The notes under the pieces were generated by a model. The model worked only from the letters and a program-made list of their open reading frames with translations. It searched no databases and had not been told where the DNA came from. Below are positions 42,430 to 55,875 of a stretch of DNA of 64,000 nt, piece after piece. The position numbers were made by a program, and so were the translations under genes. Source of the DNA: Octopus vulgaris (Eukaryota); NCBI GenBank assembly GCA_951406725.2, contig OX597818.1, positions 141,298,001-141,362,000 on the forward strand. Direction: 5' to 3'. How positions within the stretch are numbered: the first letter of the stretch is position 1; every line of letters begins with the position of its first letter.

Positions 42430-42430
<1 letters not shown>
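42028..42430 (+). repeat. tandem ~280-bp repeat, each unit carrying a hammerhead-like core
   Basis: 42028-42147 is similar to 42311-42420. Both contain CTGATGA-GGATT...AATCC-GAAA (42105-42142 and 42379-42416). Confidence 0.75.
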
Positions 42431-42511
<81 letters not shown>

Positions 42512-43472
42512 GCATATATACTGTTCACGTCTTATATCTATCTCTCATGTGTATGTTATTTGTTCCGTTTATGACCTCCTTTACCCATATATACATATGT
42601 ATGTATGTATATATATATATAATATATTTACTTATACATATATATATATATATATCAATCGAACACGTCGCATCCATTCCAAGTAGGTTTATCTTCGCCT
42701 ATTTTTTGTGCAACTCACTACACTGTATTGTTTTCTTCCTCTCGTTTTTGGTTCATTCTTCCTCCATCCTTCTCTAATTCCCTTTCTCTCTTCCCTTCTT
42801 CACCGTTTTCTATCTCTCCCCTATTTATCCTTTTTTCTCACTCTTTCGTTGCTCACACGTGACCATCGTCCAGCCTTCTTTCCCTCACGTGACCATCATC
42901 CAGCCTTCTTTTTCTAATATGACCATCTTTCTTTTCCTGCTTGTACGTCTAAACGACTAAACTTTTTTTCTCTCTTCTATTTTTTCTTTTTTCAAAGAAT
43001 GAAAAAATGTTTTCCATTCGTACATATATACATGCATGCGTACACATCATTGCCATGTAGCTACATTAGATATCTTTCTGTAATCAATGGTGAAATGGTT
43101 CTAGTATAAATAGTTATCAAAATGCCAATGTTATATGTATATTTGGTCATTTATAGAGAAGGGTTTCACGTTATAAACATTGGAGCCACATTCAGAAACA
43201 CCAGTAACAGTGTAATACAAATGTTTTCTCTTCATCCATCATCATTACTATTTCAAAAAATAATGATAAAGTGTAAAAATGATCATGAAAAGCCTTTCTT
43301 GAATGACACCAGAATCATCTAGCATACATTGGTGTCACCTTACATGGTATATGAATATTTTTAGACGGTAATATAGCCTTCATTTGATCATTCATTTACA
43401 TTTTTTCTCCCTAGTCGTATCAGCTGGGCACAGCTTGTGTATGAGCTAACCATGTAATGTTCATAGACTGTT

Positions 43473-44330
43473 TCATTTGGAGGGGTGATCATACATATTG
43501 TCTCTGTTTCTCTTTCCAATCTTTTTGACAAAATGTAGTTCCTCTGAATCTGTTTCAGACAATTTTGGAGAGTTATTCTTTGACGAAGTGTACCTCCATT
43601 GCTTTACAGTATTTTGGATTATCTCTTGAACATTTATAGAAGGGAAAGATTTTAAACTTTCCTTCACTGCATATTTCTAGATGTGTTGTCTGTGTATTTA
43701 TGGACGTTGGCAGAGAGAATTCTTTGCTTCGCCAATTTAATTTTCCTTGCAATTGGGGTAAGGAATGCAGTATATGAGATTCTGCCTCTTGCAGTTCACA
43801 TCTGCATTTACTTCCAACGAGAATCTGCTCTTGAATTTTATGTGTGAACCACTTTCTAAATATTTAAAGTTGTTGTTGCATGTTCCATATCTGCTATATC
43901 CACATTCTGTTATGGAGAATTCTGATTCATTCTCTAAAGTGATCTTTGCTCTTCTGATGTTTTTTTTTTTTTTTTTGAGATTCTTTGGTTGGCGTCTACT
44001 ATTTCGTAAGTGATTTTTATCAGTCAATTTATTTTATTTTAGGGCTTTATAAAAGATTAGTAAGTTTGATTTTATGCTGTGAAAGATGTTGACTACCCTA
44101 GGATAGTGCATATTGATAAATGGAATCGTGTGTTCATTAATGTTTCCCTTTGGTGTCCATAGTTGTGTGATGCTCAACTTCATCACCGTTTATTAATTCT
44201 AAGGGGTATTTCTGTTTTGTTAGGAAGCCTTTGAGCTCGTTGAATCGGATTTGAAGTTTTTTGGTGTCAATCACTATAGTACAGATACGTCTTGGCATGT
44301 TGTATGGGATGTTAAGTTTTATCTACTTTT
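43473..44330 (-). pseudogene. Penelope-like element ORF remnant (post-RT region and GIY-YIG endonuclease)
   Basis: Minus-strand fragments KLNIPYNMPRRICTIV..LKGFLTKQKYP and VNCKRQNLIYCIPYPNCKEN*IGEAK..L.QR match the CxSxNLIYxIxCxxCxxxYIGET motif of Penelope endonucleases. Confidence 0.85.
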
Positions 44331-44543
44331 TCTGAAAAAGCAACGTTTTGGACTTACGACACTTTTGTATAATAGAAACGATAAATACATAGATATACAT
44401 ATATACATACATATATATATATATATATAAAAGTTTGAAGGAATCTGTGAATATGAAGATGAACATTGTTTAGGTTGGTATTGGGGATTCACATTAAATT
44501 AATCTTGATTGAGAAGAGCCGTGATTATCCTCATGCTCTTATA

Positions 44544-44603
<60 letters not shown>

Positions 44604-44690
44604 TACATATATACATATATACATACATATATACATACAAATATACATACATACATATACACATAGATAGACAGCTATATATATATATTT

Positions 44691-44721
<31 letters not shown>

Positions 44722-45059
44722 CATATTTATACATTAAGAATTGATGTAGATGAACGAAGATAAATATATTTTAAAGTTTGCATATTTTTTCACAAAATAT
44801 GGAGTATACAGCTGAAGAATGCAGTATGTATAAAATTTTAATTAAATTAATTTTTTAGATTGATTTATTTACTTTGTACATAAGACTAGTCCTGTATTAA
44901 TCACGCTAACCTTAAAATAGACTTAATTTATCTCGCCCGCCTTATATCAGCTTTTATCAAGGAGAATTGTCGATATTTTATTTAGACATTGATCATTCAA
45001 CACGCATGGAAATAAGTTTTTTAACTGCTCTTCTACATCTCTCTATGCCTCTCTCTATA

Positions 45060-45112
45060 CATGTATGTATGTATGTATGTATGTATGTATGTATGTATGT
45101 ATGTATGTATGT

Positions 45113-45173
<61 letters not shown>

Positions 45174-45180
45174 CAGATAG

Positions 45181-45211
<31 letters not shown>

Positions 45212-45224
45212 GATAGATAGATAT

Positions 45225-45291
<67 letters not shown>
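45060..45291. repeat. compound (ATGT)n(ATAG)n microsatellite
   Basis: Directly visible. Confidence 0.95.
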
Positions 45292-45292
<1 letters not shown>

Positions 45293-46047
45293 AGTTAACG
45301 AGCCATATTTAACAAGATTTGGACCAGAATATGTAACCAATTCCGGATATATTGCTATCATCAGACAATAATCACCGAAGCAATCTCTCTGTGTCCACTC
45401 GCCCATCCAGGAGTAGCAGCTTAATTTCTCTCATATCACAGCGTTTTAGATGTATTGTCTTAAGAGCATGAGGGTAATCACGGCTCTTCTCAATCAAGAT
45501 TAATTTAATGTGAATCCCCAATAACAACCTAAACAATATTCATCTTCGTATTCACAGATTCCTTCAAACGTTAGTGATGGCGTCTTTAATATTCTTTTGA
45601 TGTTGAATAGAAATATGTTTGTCTTGGTGTGTATACATATATCAAAAACGATCCATCCTTCAACAATTCCTGATTTACTTATGGCACGCGTATACACCAA
45701 GAGATTTAACTGCCGACTTATCTTCCAGGCTTAGCAAACTAGGTTCTAATAGACAATGAACATGATGGCAACTGTCGCTTTTCTCGATATGATTCCGTTT
45801 TGGCTCCTATATCAGATGTTCTTATGTCCATTGATTCGTTTTGATTTTTATTATGATGGTTACCCATATACCATTTTCACTCCATAGTATTCGGGGTAGA
45901 GTTGGTGTCAATCAATCATTCGATTTGTTCCGAGGTACATGGAATCAGTAGAAGGTGGAACCTAATCTCAAAAGAATACAGGAGCAAACAGTGTTTCAGC
46001 ACATTACTGTATCAATAATTCAACTGGTAATAAGTTTGTGGTTTAAT

Positions 46048-46466
46048 TTCTTATTTCTTTACTACCAACAAGGGGCTACACACAGAGAGGACAAACAAGG
46101 ACGGACAAACAGATTAAGCCGATTATATAGACCCCCCGTGCGTAACTGATACTTGTTTAATCGAATCCGAAAGGATGAAAGGTAAAGTCGACCGCGATGG
46201 AATTTGAACTCAGAACGTAGCGGCATACGAAATACCTATTTCTTTACTACCCACAAGGGGCTAAACACAGAGAACAAACAAGGACAGACATAGGTATTAA
46301 GTCGATTACATCGACCCCAGTTCGTAACTGGTACTTAATTTATCGACCCCGAAAGGATGAAAGGCAAAGTCGACCGCGGCGGAATTTGAACTCAGAACGT
46401 AGCGGCATACGAAATACCGCTAAGCATTTCGCCCGGTGTGCTAACGTTTCTGCCAGCTAACCGCCT
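46048..46466 (-). mobile_element. SINE-like family B, dimeric form
   Basis: Reverse complement of the family B head at 46420-46466, followed by two ~185-bp tandem units. Confidence 0.85.
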
Positions 46467-47342
46467 TTTGTGGTTTCATTTCTATCAGAAATATCGTTAT
46501 CAGTTTACGTTGGCCATTGGTTTTCATATAAACAAATCCATACATCCTTTATTAACGCTCTGGATCAAATAGTTGAATCGCGGATTTAGACTCCTACCTT
46601 TGATTCAACACTAACTAGTTTTAAGGTTTTACGGTCAAAGGAAGCATGACTTCAATTCTCTTTCTTCGTTTTCTCCTTTCTTTTCCCGTTTCTTTTTCAC
46701 ACTTCCACTTTTTCATCCATCCTCTGTTTTTTTCTTGTGATTTCTCTTGTTTTATTGTCCTGATATGTAACTGGTATAGGTCATGTGCACCGAGCTTGTA
46801 GATTGCTTGGAGCCACTAGAAGTGGCATTAAAGCCTACCTAGATCACACCTCAAATGTATGAAACTATCAATACCTCATAACTATATATTACGTAAATTA
46901 ATCAACATCTATCTCTCACCGGATGGAGTAACGGAGAAGTGAAGTACCAGCAGTCAAATGAAAATTTTCATGATTTCCTTACCTTCTTACTTAGTGTCAA
47001 GCAGCGCAGAAGTTATCAAGGATCATCCAACTTATTTTGGACCGTATTGTAACACCACCTTTCATTTTGTCCCTGCAATAAATGTACCTACTATACGAAA
47101 AGACGAAAAGAGAGACACCTGATATCACTCCAATTATGCAATAGCAATTTTGCCTGACTATTTTGTAAGGATTTTTTTCCCATGTTTTTTCTTTTGTCCT
47201 TTCCTCAAACAATTCTGACGTATGCTGAGAAAGCGTTTTTGGGGTTTTTTCAAGAACAGATTTCATAATAAAAACTTAAATGTCGCATCATCTAAAATTC
47301 ATGACATTGTCACTTAAACTGTTTATATTTTCAAACTTATTG

Positions 47343-47419
<77 letters not shown>

Positions 47420-48444
47420 TGTATGTATGTATGCATGTATATGTATGGATGCACGTGTGTATATATATATATATATATATACGTGCACAGATACACACAT
47501 GTATGAATCTATCTATCAATCATCTATCTATCTATCTATATATGTGTTTGTGTTTGTGTGTGTGCGTGTACGTGTGTACCCGAGCGCGCGTTTGGGTATA
47601 TAGGTAATATACAGAGAAAATGAATGGTGTATAAAAAAAATCAACTTAAATCAAAATGAAGAAAATGAGGCATAAAAGCCAAGAGATGCATGCAAAAGTA
47701 TACATGCAAACGTGGATGGTGATGTTAATTTTTCTCGACAGTACTCCAAAGGAATTATATAACTATTAAAATTTTCCCCTTTTTAAATCTGAAGTGATGC
47801 ATATTACGAAAGACAAATATAGAAATTTTACAACGAAATCATATCTGCAGCAGTCTTTGTCATTTATAAAAGCAATCTGTTTGGCAGAGAAGATAAATAA
47901 ATTTGTTGATAAATGTCACGTTTGACAGGTTTTTTACCTCTTTATTTCATATCTTTAAAATTATAGTTATTATATATTATAAACTGTAATGTATTAGAAG
48001 GTGAAGCTTCTTGAATAACTCCAAGTCTTACGTTTGAGATTGTTCAAACGATTGACATTTCATTTCTTTATAACCGCAAATAATGAAGAAAAATTCATCG
48101 GAGGGGCGATGCATACCCTGCGCGTAGATAAAGTTTTCGCAAATTACAGTCTGGCTTACAAGGCGTTGCTTACCCATGCTTTTTAATTGAACTGAATTAA
48201 GTTTTGTAAGAGTTTGACTAAAAGCGGATTAGTATCGATTCATATAAAAACAAAAAGTGAAGAAATTAATATGACCACTTGCTTATCGCGACATTTGTAA
48301 GTTCGATCTAAACTTTTTTATATACTCTAGTGAAATTAAGAAATCAACTCGTAAATAAAAGAAACCCTCGAATTCATCAGACACGCGCACACACAGTCGC
48401 ATATGTATGTATATATGTATATATGTATGCACGTATGTATATAT

Positions 48445-48603
48445 GTAGGTAGGTAGGTAGGTAGATAGGCTGGTAGGTAGGTAGGTAGGTAGATAGGTAG
48501 GTTGGTAGGTAGATAGGTAGGTAGGTAGGTAGGTAGGTAGGTATGTAGGTAGGTAGGTAGGTAGGTAGGTAGGTAGGTAGGTTGGTAGGTACGTACGTAG
48601 GTA
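48445..48603. repeat. (TAGG)n microsatellite
   Basis: Directly visible imperfect tract. Confidence 0.9.
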
Positions 48604-49829
48604 TGTATGCATGTATGTACCCACACGTGCCTACGTTCATATGAACATGATATATACACATGCAGACGAGGGTCGATTTATATGAAAGAGAAAGTGAACA
48701 AAATAATATGACCACTTGCTTACCGGGTAATTTGTACGTTGGATATTTATTTTAAGATAATCAAACCAAATGTTCATCATTTTGAGCCACTCACCCACTT
48801 CACCCACTTCAATACTACCTTAGTACTATGTGCAATCTAAGTCATGAAATTAGAAAGAAAATGTTTATGAAGATAGACTGACGGAGTACATATGATGGTT
48901 TTCCTTTTATGTAAATATCGACCACTCTTTTAATGAGTTACAAATATATTGCGCATGAAACATTTGCCTTCTAGTTTGTAATTAGGGATTGTATTTTGCA
49001 GTTAGTGATTCAACAATAAATAGCTTTCGGAATATCAGCAAGAATTCTACGATTTGGATTTTCTACGAAATTAAAGATAGGGTGCAATATAATGTAACAT
49101 TTCTCCGGGAGACAGTAATTGCAATTTCTGACAATATTAATGCAGTGAGATGGCATTTGTCCATTCACGATAAGTATCCACATTTAATTTTTAAACTGTT
49201 TCTAATTCATAGTTGCATCCTACCGTTTCTTTCTTAAACTCATTACAGGCAATAATTGTTTTCTCTTTAATACTATCCCGAATACTGTCCCAAAAAGAAA
49301 CTTATGATGGAGAACACAAAATGCTAGATAAATTTTTCTATATATTTTGTTAAACACAAACGTGTAATTAGTTTTAACGATGTGTGTGCGCGCACATGCA
49401 CGCGTCTCTTTATATATACATATATATATATAAAGACGCGTGCACGCGCACACACACAGTATTTACATACATTGTGTTTACATACATTGTGCGGACCCAC
49501 CATTTATCCTGATCACCAACTTTAAACTAAAAGTAAACTAACTAGGATCTTTTCACAATGTCACCAACGTTCACTCTTTGACTTGGTACTGCAAAACACC
49601 CACATATATAACAAAAAGAACCAGTGGGATTCAAACGTTTCAAGTATGGAACTACGGGTGGGACCAATACGAGCCAGCCCATAGAAAAAAAAACTAGACG
49701 TGATAGAAAAAAAAAACTATTGCCATTTTAAAACTCAGCGACCCCAAATTACACCAAAGCAGGTGTCAAACTGCTGAATATGGTAGCATAGTTTGGATTA
49801 GAGTTAGAACTTGCTATTTTGATATAACT

Positions 49830-50141
49830 GGTACTCCGTCGGTTATGACGACGAAGGTTCCAGTTGATCTGATTAACAGAACAACCTGCTCGTGAAATTA
49901 ACATGCATGTGGCTGAGCACTCCAGAGACTCGTGTGCCCTTAACGTAGTTCTCAGAGAGATTCAGCGTGACACAGAGTGTGACAAGGCTGGCTCTTTGAA
50001 ATACAGGTACTACTAAATTTTGCCAGCTGAGCGGAATGGAGTAACGTAATATAAGTGTCTTGGTCAACGACACAATGCGTCGCCGGGAATGACATATAAT
50101 CGTGAGCCGAATATCCTAACCACTAAGCCATGCGCCTTCAC
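49830..50141 (-). mobile_element. chimeric tRNA-SINE (family E head, family A 3' half)
   Basis: 49830-50011 matches the family A 3' half. 50012-50141 matches the 5' half of 32108-32325. Confidence 0.75.
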
Positions 50142-50699
50142 TAACTTTGATATGAAGTATAGAAAACCAGAGAGCGATGGCTTCAGAGGAACCAGTTGTA
50201 AATTCTACCTGCTGCAGAGCAGGAGAGATGCTGGCGATGATGCTGGGACTAGTGTTGGTGTTGGGCAATCAGAAAATTTTACTTAATTCTTAAAGTTTCT
50301 AACAACAGTATAGCGGTGGCAATGTTAGTGCACACATGCCATAGCACCGGTAAAGAAGTATGGGTTCATTCAGGGCAGCATGAGTTTGATAATGCATATT
50401 TTGACGCTGTTTTTAACGGCGAATCAGAATATGTTATAACCGAAACTAGGACAATATGTTTGCGCCTAATATGATCGTTTTGGTGCCATTGCATTAGATC
50501 AGTCAACTGCTTAAAGCGGACATAATTCTTTTAAGTTTCATATGGTTAATATTGCAATATACTCTGCCCAGCAAGAATCTTCGTCTTCTATACCCATGTT
50601 TTTCTGTTCGTAGTCGACAAATTACAAGACATTTGTGTCATTTACTTCTCACGCAAGACCGTCCTTAAAATTCCTGATACCATTTTGGGATCCATCTCT

Positions 50700-51150
50700 A
50701 AATCATGCCATTGCTTTGTTCAGGAGGAGCTCTAAATCTGGAGCTCTACTAGGAAATAGCCTGTGCCATCCATTCAAAATACAAACTTGATTTACAACTT
50801 TCCAAGCCTTGCTGATGAAGTGAATTCCTGGAAAGAATATTGAACCGTTTCTAGCATTACAATACTGTTGCGCGAGTGACTCCTGCATTCTCTCAATTGT
50901 AAGGTCAAGATAGAGAAGCTTAAAGTTAGCCATCACTTCCTAGTCAATGGGCTGTAACAAAAATGTATGCTTATCTGGTAGATAAATTCGATTTCTTTTT
51001 GGGGGTGACATAACGCTGCTGGATGGTCAGATGAGTTGTTTAATACAAGAATTGCTTTAGAAGAAATACTGTTCCTAACACAATACTCTTTAACTTCACT
51101 TTGGAAGTGGATCATAAAGCATTCTTCAAAGACCGCTTCAGTTATCCATC
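50700..51150 (-). pseudogene. Tigger/pogo DDE transposase remnant
   Basis: WITEAVFEE..HFQSEVKEYC....KAILVLNNSSDHP (degenerate LLLDNAPGHP), VMANFKLLYL and ISKAWKVV..ILNGWHRLFP. Confidence 0.85.
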
Positions 51151-51343
51151 TTTCGTGATTAACATGTTAGTGCACAGGCAAATACAACATGCTAATGTTC
51201 GCGAAGGTCCAGTGCCGTAAACTCATAAAATCAGACACACGACTTTTATCTGCTATAAGATTCTACAGACAAACAGTAATCCAAGATGCCAAACTTTTAT
51301 AACAGTTTAAAAACTGGATGTCTATACTGTCCTGTAGAAACAG

Positions 51344-51864
51344 CTATGACAACGTTCTGGTGGTGCAGTTACTGCTGCGGCTGTCGTCGTCGGCGGCGAT
51401 GGAGGAAGTAGCTCTGACAGTGGTGGCGTCGGCAGCGGTAAGGGTGGTGGTAGTAGTGGTGGTGTTTGTGGTGGTGGCGGAAACAGCGGTTGTGATGGTA
51501 GCAGTGCAGGTGGCGGGAGTGGCAGCGGCGATGGTGGAGGTGGTGGTGGGAATGGTGGTGGTGTAGTCTATGGTATTGGTGATGGTGATGATAATGATAA
51601 TGGGGATCAGGATGATACGACGACAATGACGACGACGACGATGATGATGAGGCGGAGGAGCAGGAAGAGGAGGTCGACGCTGATATTGAAGACGGCGGCA
51701 AAGTAGCTGATGATGATGTCTGAGACAGCCAAGGAACAGTGGCTGGATATTCCGTTGCCACATCGTCTGCATCACCAAAATATTTGCCGGACCATCGATA
51801 CCAGTCGATATAGACGGAGTGTCCGATAAGACAGAATTAATCCATACAGCAAAAGCACTTAAAA
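51344..51864 (-). other. GC-rich low-complexity open frame, candidate exon
   Basis: The frame is stop-free (LSAFAVWINSVLS...MQTMWQR...IILIPIIIIITIT, then a Thr-rich tail) and follows an acceptor-like GTTTATCCAG. It could equally be a decayed trinucleotide tract. Confidence 0.25.
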
Positions 51865-52118
51865 CTGGATAAACAACAACAACAACGGAATGGCCAATAT
51901 CTAACGGCAGATTTAAGAACAATACCACATACCCACACACGCTCATGCTTACACACACACACACACATACAAAAGCATAAACACATGCATACGCTTAGAG
52001 TATTGCGTGGTCGTGTCTCTGTGCGTGTGTGTGTGTGTGTGTGTGTGCATGTGTGCATCATACATATATACACCACCCACACATAAACTTGTATTCACAC
52101 AACCGTTCATACACAAAC

Positions 52119-52159
<41 letters not shown>

Positions 52160-52263
52160 AGTAGTTGAATGAATTATCTAATTAAGGATAATTCGAAAGA
52201 TAACCGATACCTGGGTAGCAAATTCACATCTTCAGCTCCATTCTTTCATAAACTTATATTTTT

Positions 52264-52335
<72 letters not shown>

Positions 52336-52342
52336 GATACAG

Positions 52343-52385
<43 letters not shown>

Positions 52386-52388
52386 TAG

Positions 52389-52703
52389 CTCTCTTTACAC
52401 TCTCATTTACTTGTTTCAGTCATTTGACTGCGGCAATGCTGGAGCACCGCCTTTAGTCGAGCAAATCGGCCCCGGGACTTATTCTTTATAAGCCCAGTAC
52501 TTATTCTATCGGTCTCTTTTGCCGAACCGCTAGATGACGGGAACGTAAACACACCAGCATCGGTTGTCAAGCAATGCTAGGGGGACAAACACAGACACAC
52601 AAACACACACACACAGATATATATATACATATATATGACAGACTTCTTTCAGTTTCCGTCTACCAAATCCACTCACAAGGCATTGGTCGGCCCGGGGCTA
52701 TAG

Positions 52704-52706
<3 letters not shown>
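52389..52706 (-). mobile_element. SINE family C, head truncated at (TA)n
   Basis: Near-identical to 16124-16432. Confidence 0.85.
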
Positions 52707-52742
<36 letters not shown>

Positions 52743-53381
52743 GTATGTGTGTACGTATGTATGTATGTATGTATGTACATCCTAAACAAATTCAGCAACA
52801 ACTCGCAGAAAAGGACTTAGCTGTTTCTGTATCGATCCGTAAATATACAAACATAAATGCACACGCACGCGCACGCACACACACACTCAGAGAGTGAGAG
52901 AGTGTGAGTGACACACAGACAGATAGACAGACTCACACAGACTCAGATAAACTTACATATACATTTACGTGCGTGTTTTCTTAGTAACATATGTATGTCT
53001 ACGCATATGCATACACACATATACAAACACAACTCTACAGAATGTGTGTATGAGTGTGTGTGTGTTTGTGTGTCTGTTTGTCTGTGTATCTGTGAGCGTG
53101 TCCTTGTATGCATATAAGCAAAGATATATCCAATTTCGTTGCAGGCTACGTAAAGTATTTATTAGTTTACTGCGGAAAATGTAACTTAATTATTCAGAGA
53201 GAATATCATTGGTGAATATTGGGATCTTGCTGCGAATTTAGCTATGCTTGTGTTTTTGATTATGGCTTGCAACGTGTGTATTTATTGATACACATGCGCG
53301 TATTCAGATACAGACAGGCATACTGACGACTCGGACTCATGTATAAAATCATATATACATATATATGTATATGTATGTATG

Positions 53382-53421
<40 letters not shown>

Positions 53422-53541
53422 TATATTTATGTATGCATATATATAACATATATATGTATATATACATATATATACATGTATATATATATATATGCATATA
53501 TATATATATACATATACATATATATATCTAAATAAATAAAT

Positions 53542-53605
<64 letters not shown>

Positions 53606-54094
53606 GATAGCTCGTCATAATGCAGACACATATACTGTGTGTAATATATGAGTCTGTGAGATATAACCGGCAGCTACGTGTACACACAGTTACACACAGA
53701 CACGTATATACATACATGCATGCATACATACATATACACTGACATATATGCATACATGTGTTCTGTGTATGTGTGTGTGAGTGTGTGTCTGTGTATGTGT
53801 GCGTGTGTAATAACTTTTTACATAGGTATACATGTATGTCTGCATTTAAAACTGGGATACTACTTATATAGATTATTATGTTTCGTAAATGATGGATAAA
53901 TATTCAGTATAAGATAAGCCACGGAATCAAAATGAAAATAACATAAAAATTAATTCTATTATAAACTAATCAATCAGAACGAATCCTAAAGTCAATTTGA
54001 CCGACGAACAATGATTCTTACGTAGGCAGGATGCGACTCTAACCGAAAATTGTAATCTAAATTCACTATATATTCATTTTGTTCATCGGCTTAT

Positions 54095-54480
54095 AGATAA
54101 GAAGTTCGTTTCGCAAGTACACTCTAACGGTTTCTATCCCGCTGTTTAACACCTAGGGCTAGTTTCTTCTTGCATAACTTCACTTGACCCAAATTTTGTG
54201 AGTGAGGTTTAAAAGAAAGGTTATATTTGCTAAAGCTTGTAGTCGCGAAATATTTCCTGTAATAGTTGACTTACGCCAGTCTCGGCTCGATTAAAAACTT
54301 GTGGGTGGATTTCATAGACGGGAACTGAAAAAATCACATCGCAGATGTGTGTGTGTGTTTGCATTGTAGTGTTTCTGTCTCTTTCCAACAACCGTTTCGG
54401 TTTCTTCGCGACCCTGTAACTTAGTAGTTCGACAAAAGCGACCAATCGAAAACGTACTAGCCTTCAAAATATAAGTATTA
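54095..54480 (+). mobile_element. old degenerate SINE family C copy
   Basis: Remnant motifs TTGTGGGTGGATTTCATAGACGGGAACTGAAA and CCTGTAACTTAGTAGTTCGACAAAAG. Confidence 0.55.
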
Positions 54481-54689
54481 GGAGAGATTCTATTTTATTG
54501 AAAAAAAATTAAGCACACACACACACACATACACACAAACACACACACATACATAGAAATATGTATATACGTGTGTGTATATAAACCTTATACTATCTCT
54601 GGTTATATATATATATATATATACACACACACAGTTTGCTCTATCTCTGATTATATGTATATATATGTACGTGTGGGTGTGTATATATA

Positions 54690-54725
<36 letters not shown>

Positions 54726-55450
54726 TACACCTATACATACACACATGCACTCTTCTACACGCACACATATGCTCTCTTATACACATGCACTCCCACCTTC
54801 GTTTTGGGATCACTACTACTCTATTATCTAGCCTTTTTCATAGCTCTCCTGTGTGACCCCTTCTGTCCGGCATTCGCCATGATAGATTGCTAGCCACTAT
54901 ACATTCTTTATTTTCTCTCCTTGTTTCTTTCTGTGTCCGTTTCTGTGGAAGAGCATAGGCTGGAAACGTTAAAGTCTTTTTCACTTCATGAGCGTTAAAC
55001 TAATACATCTATTTGTTGTCTACACAACTTGCCTCCGTCTTTTGTAGGGAAACTCAAACTGACCTGGTCAGTTTGAGCTTCCTAACTACTATAATGTAAA
55101 CGTTTTTGAACTCATAATATTCTGTCCGTGTATGTATATACAGATACAATACCAATATTCCATTGAACTTTTTAAAAATTCCTTCTGGAAACAATCTTTA
55201 ACATTTTCTTGAGAATGTATATATTTGTTGTAATCTTTTGTGCCCAATATTTTAATGAACTTGTTAAACTTTTTTATGTTCTTCTTAACATGTTTCTGTT
55301 ACCAAAGAATATATATGTATTGTAGCATTTTGTGACAACCAATAATTAACACAACCAAACTTTTACATGTTACTTTTGACAATCTTTTGCCAAAGAATGA
55401 AACCGGTAAAGTAAATAAACATGTCTTAAAATTGCATTTTAAAGCCTTCT

Positions 55451-55519
<69 letters not shown>

Positions 55520-55815
55520 CATACATACACAAATACATACATATATACATACATACATATACATATATGTATACATATATAAATACATTCATACATATAT
55601 GCATACATATATAGAAACATATACATATACTTATATGTATATATATATATATAAACACATACACATTTCTACGTATATGAATAAATGAATAAATGAGTAT
55701 ATATATGTATATATGAATATATATATATATATACCTATTTACACACACAAATATATATACATACATAGACACAGTATACACACACATATGCATTATAGAA
55801 GTGCATGTGTATGAT

Positions 55816-55872
<57 letters not shown>

Positions 55873-55875
55873 GTG

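Noticed and set aside
42853-42932. Three ~28-bp repeats (GACCATC.TCCAGCCTTC) resembling an array
   Set aside because: There are no unique spacers and the context is eukaryotic, so this is a simple minisatellite and not CRISPR.
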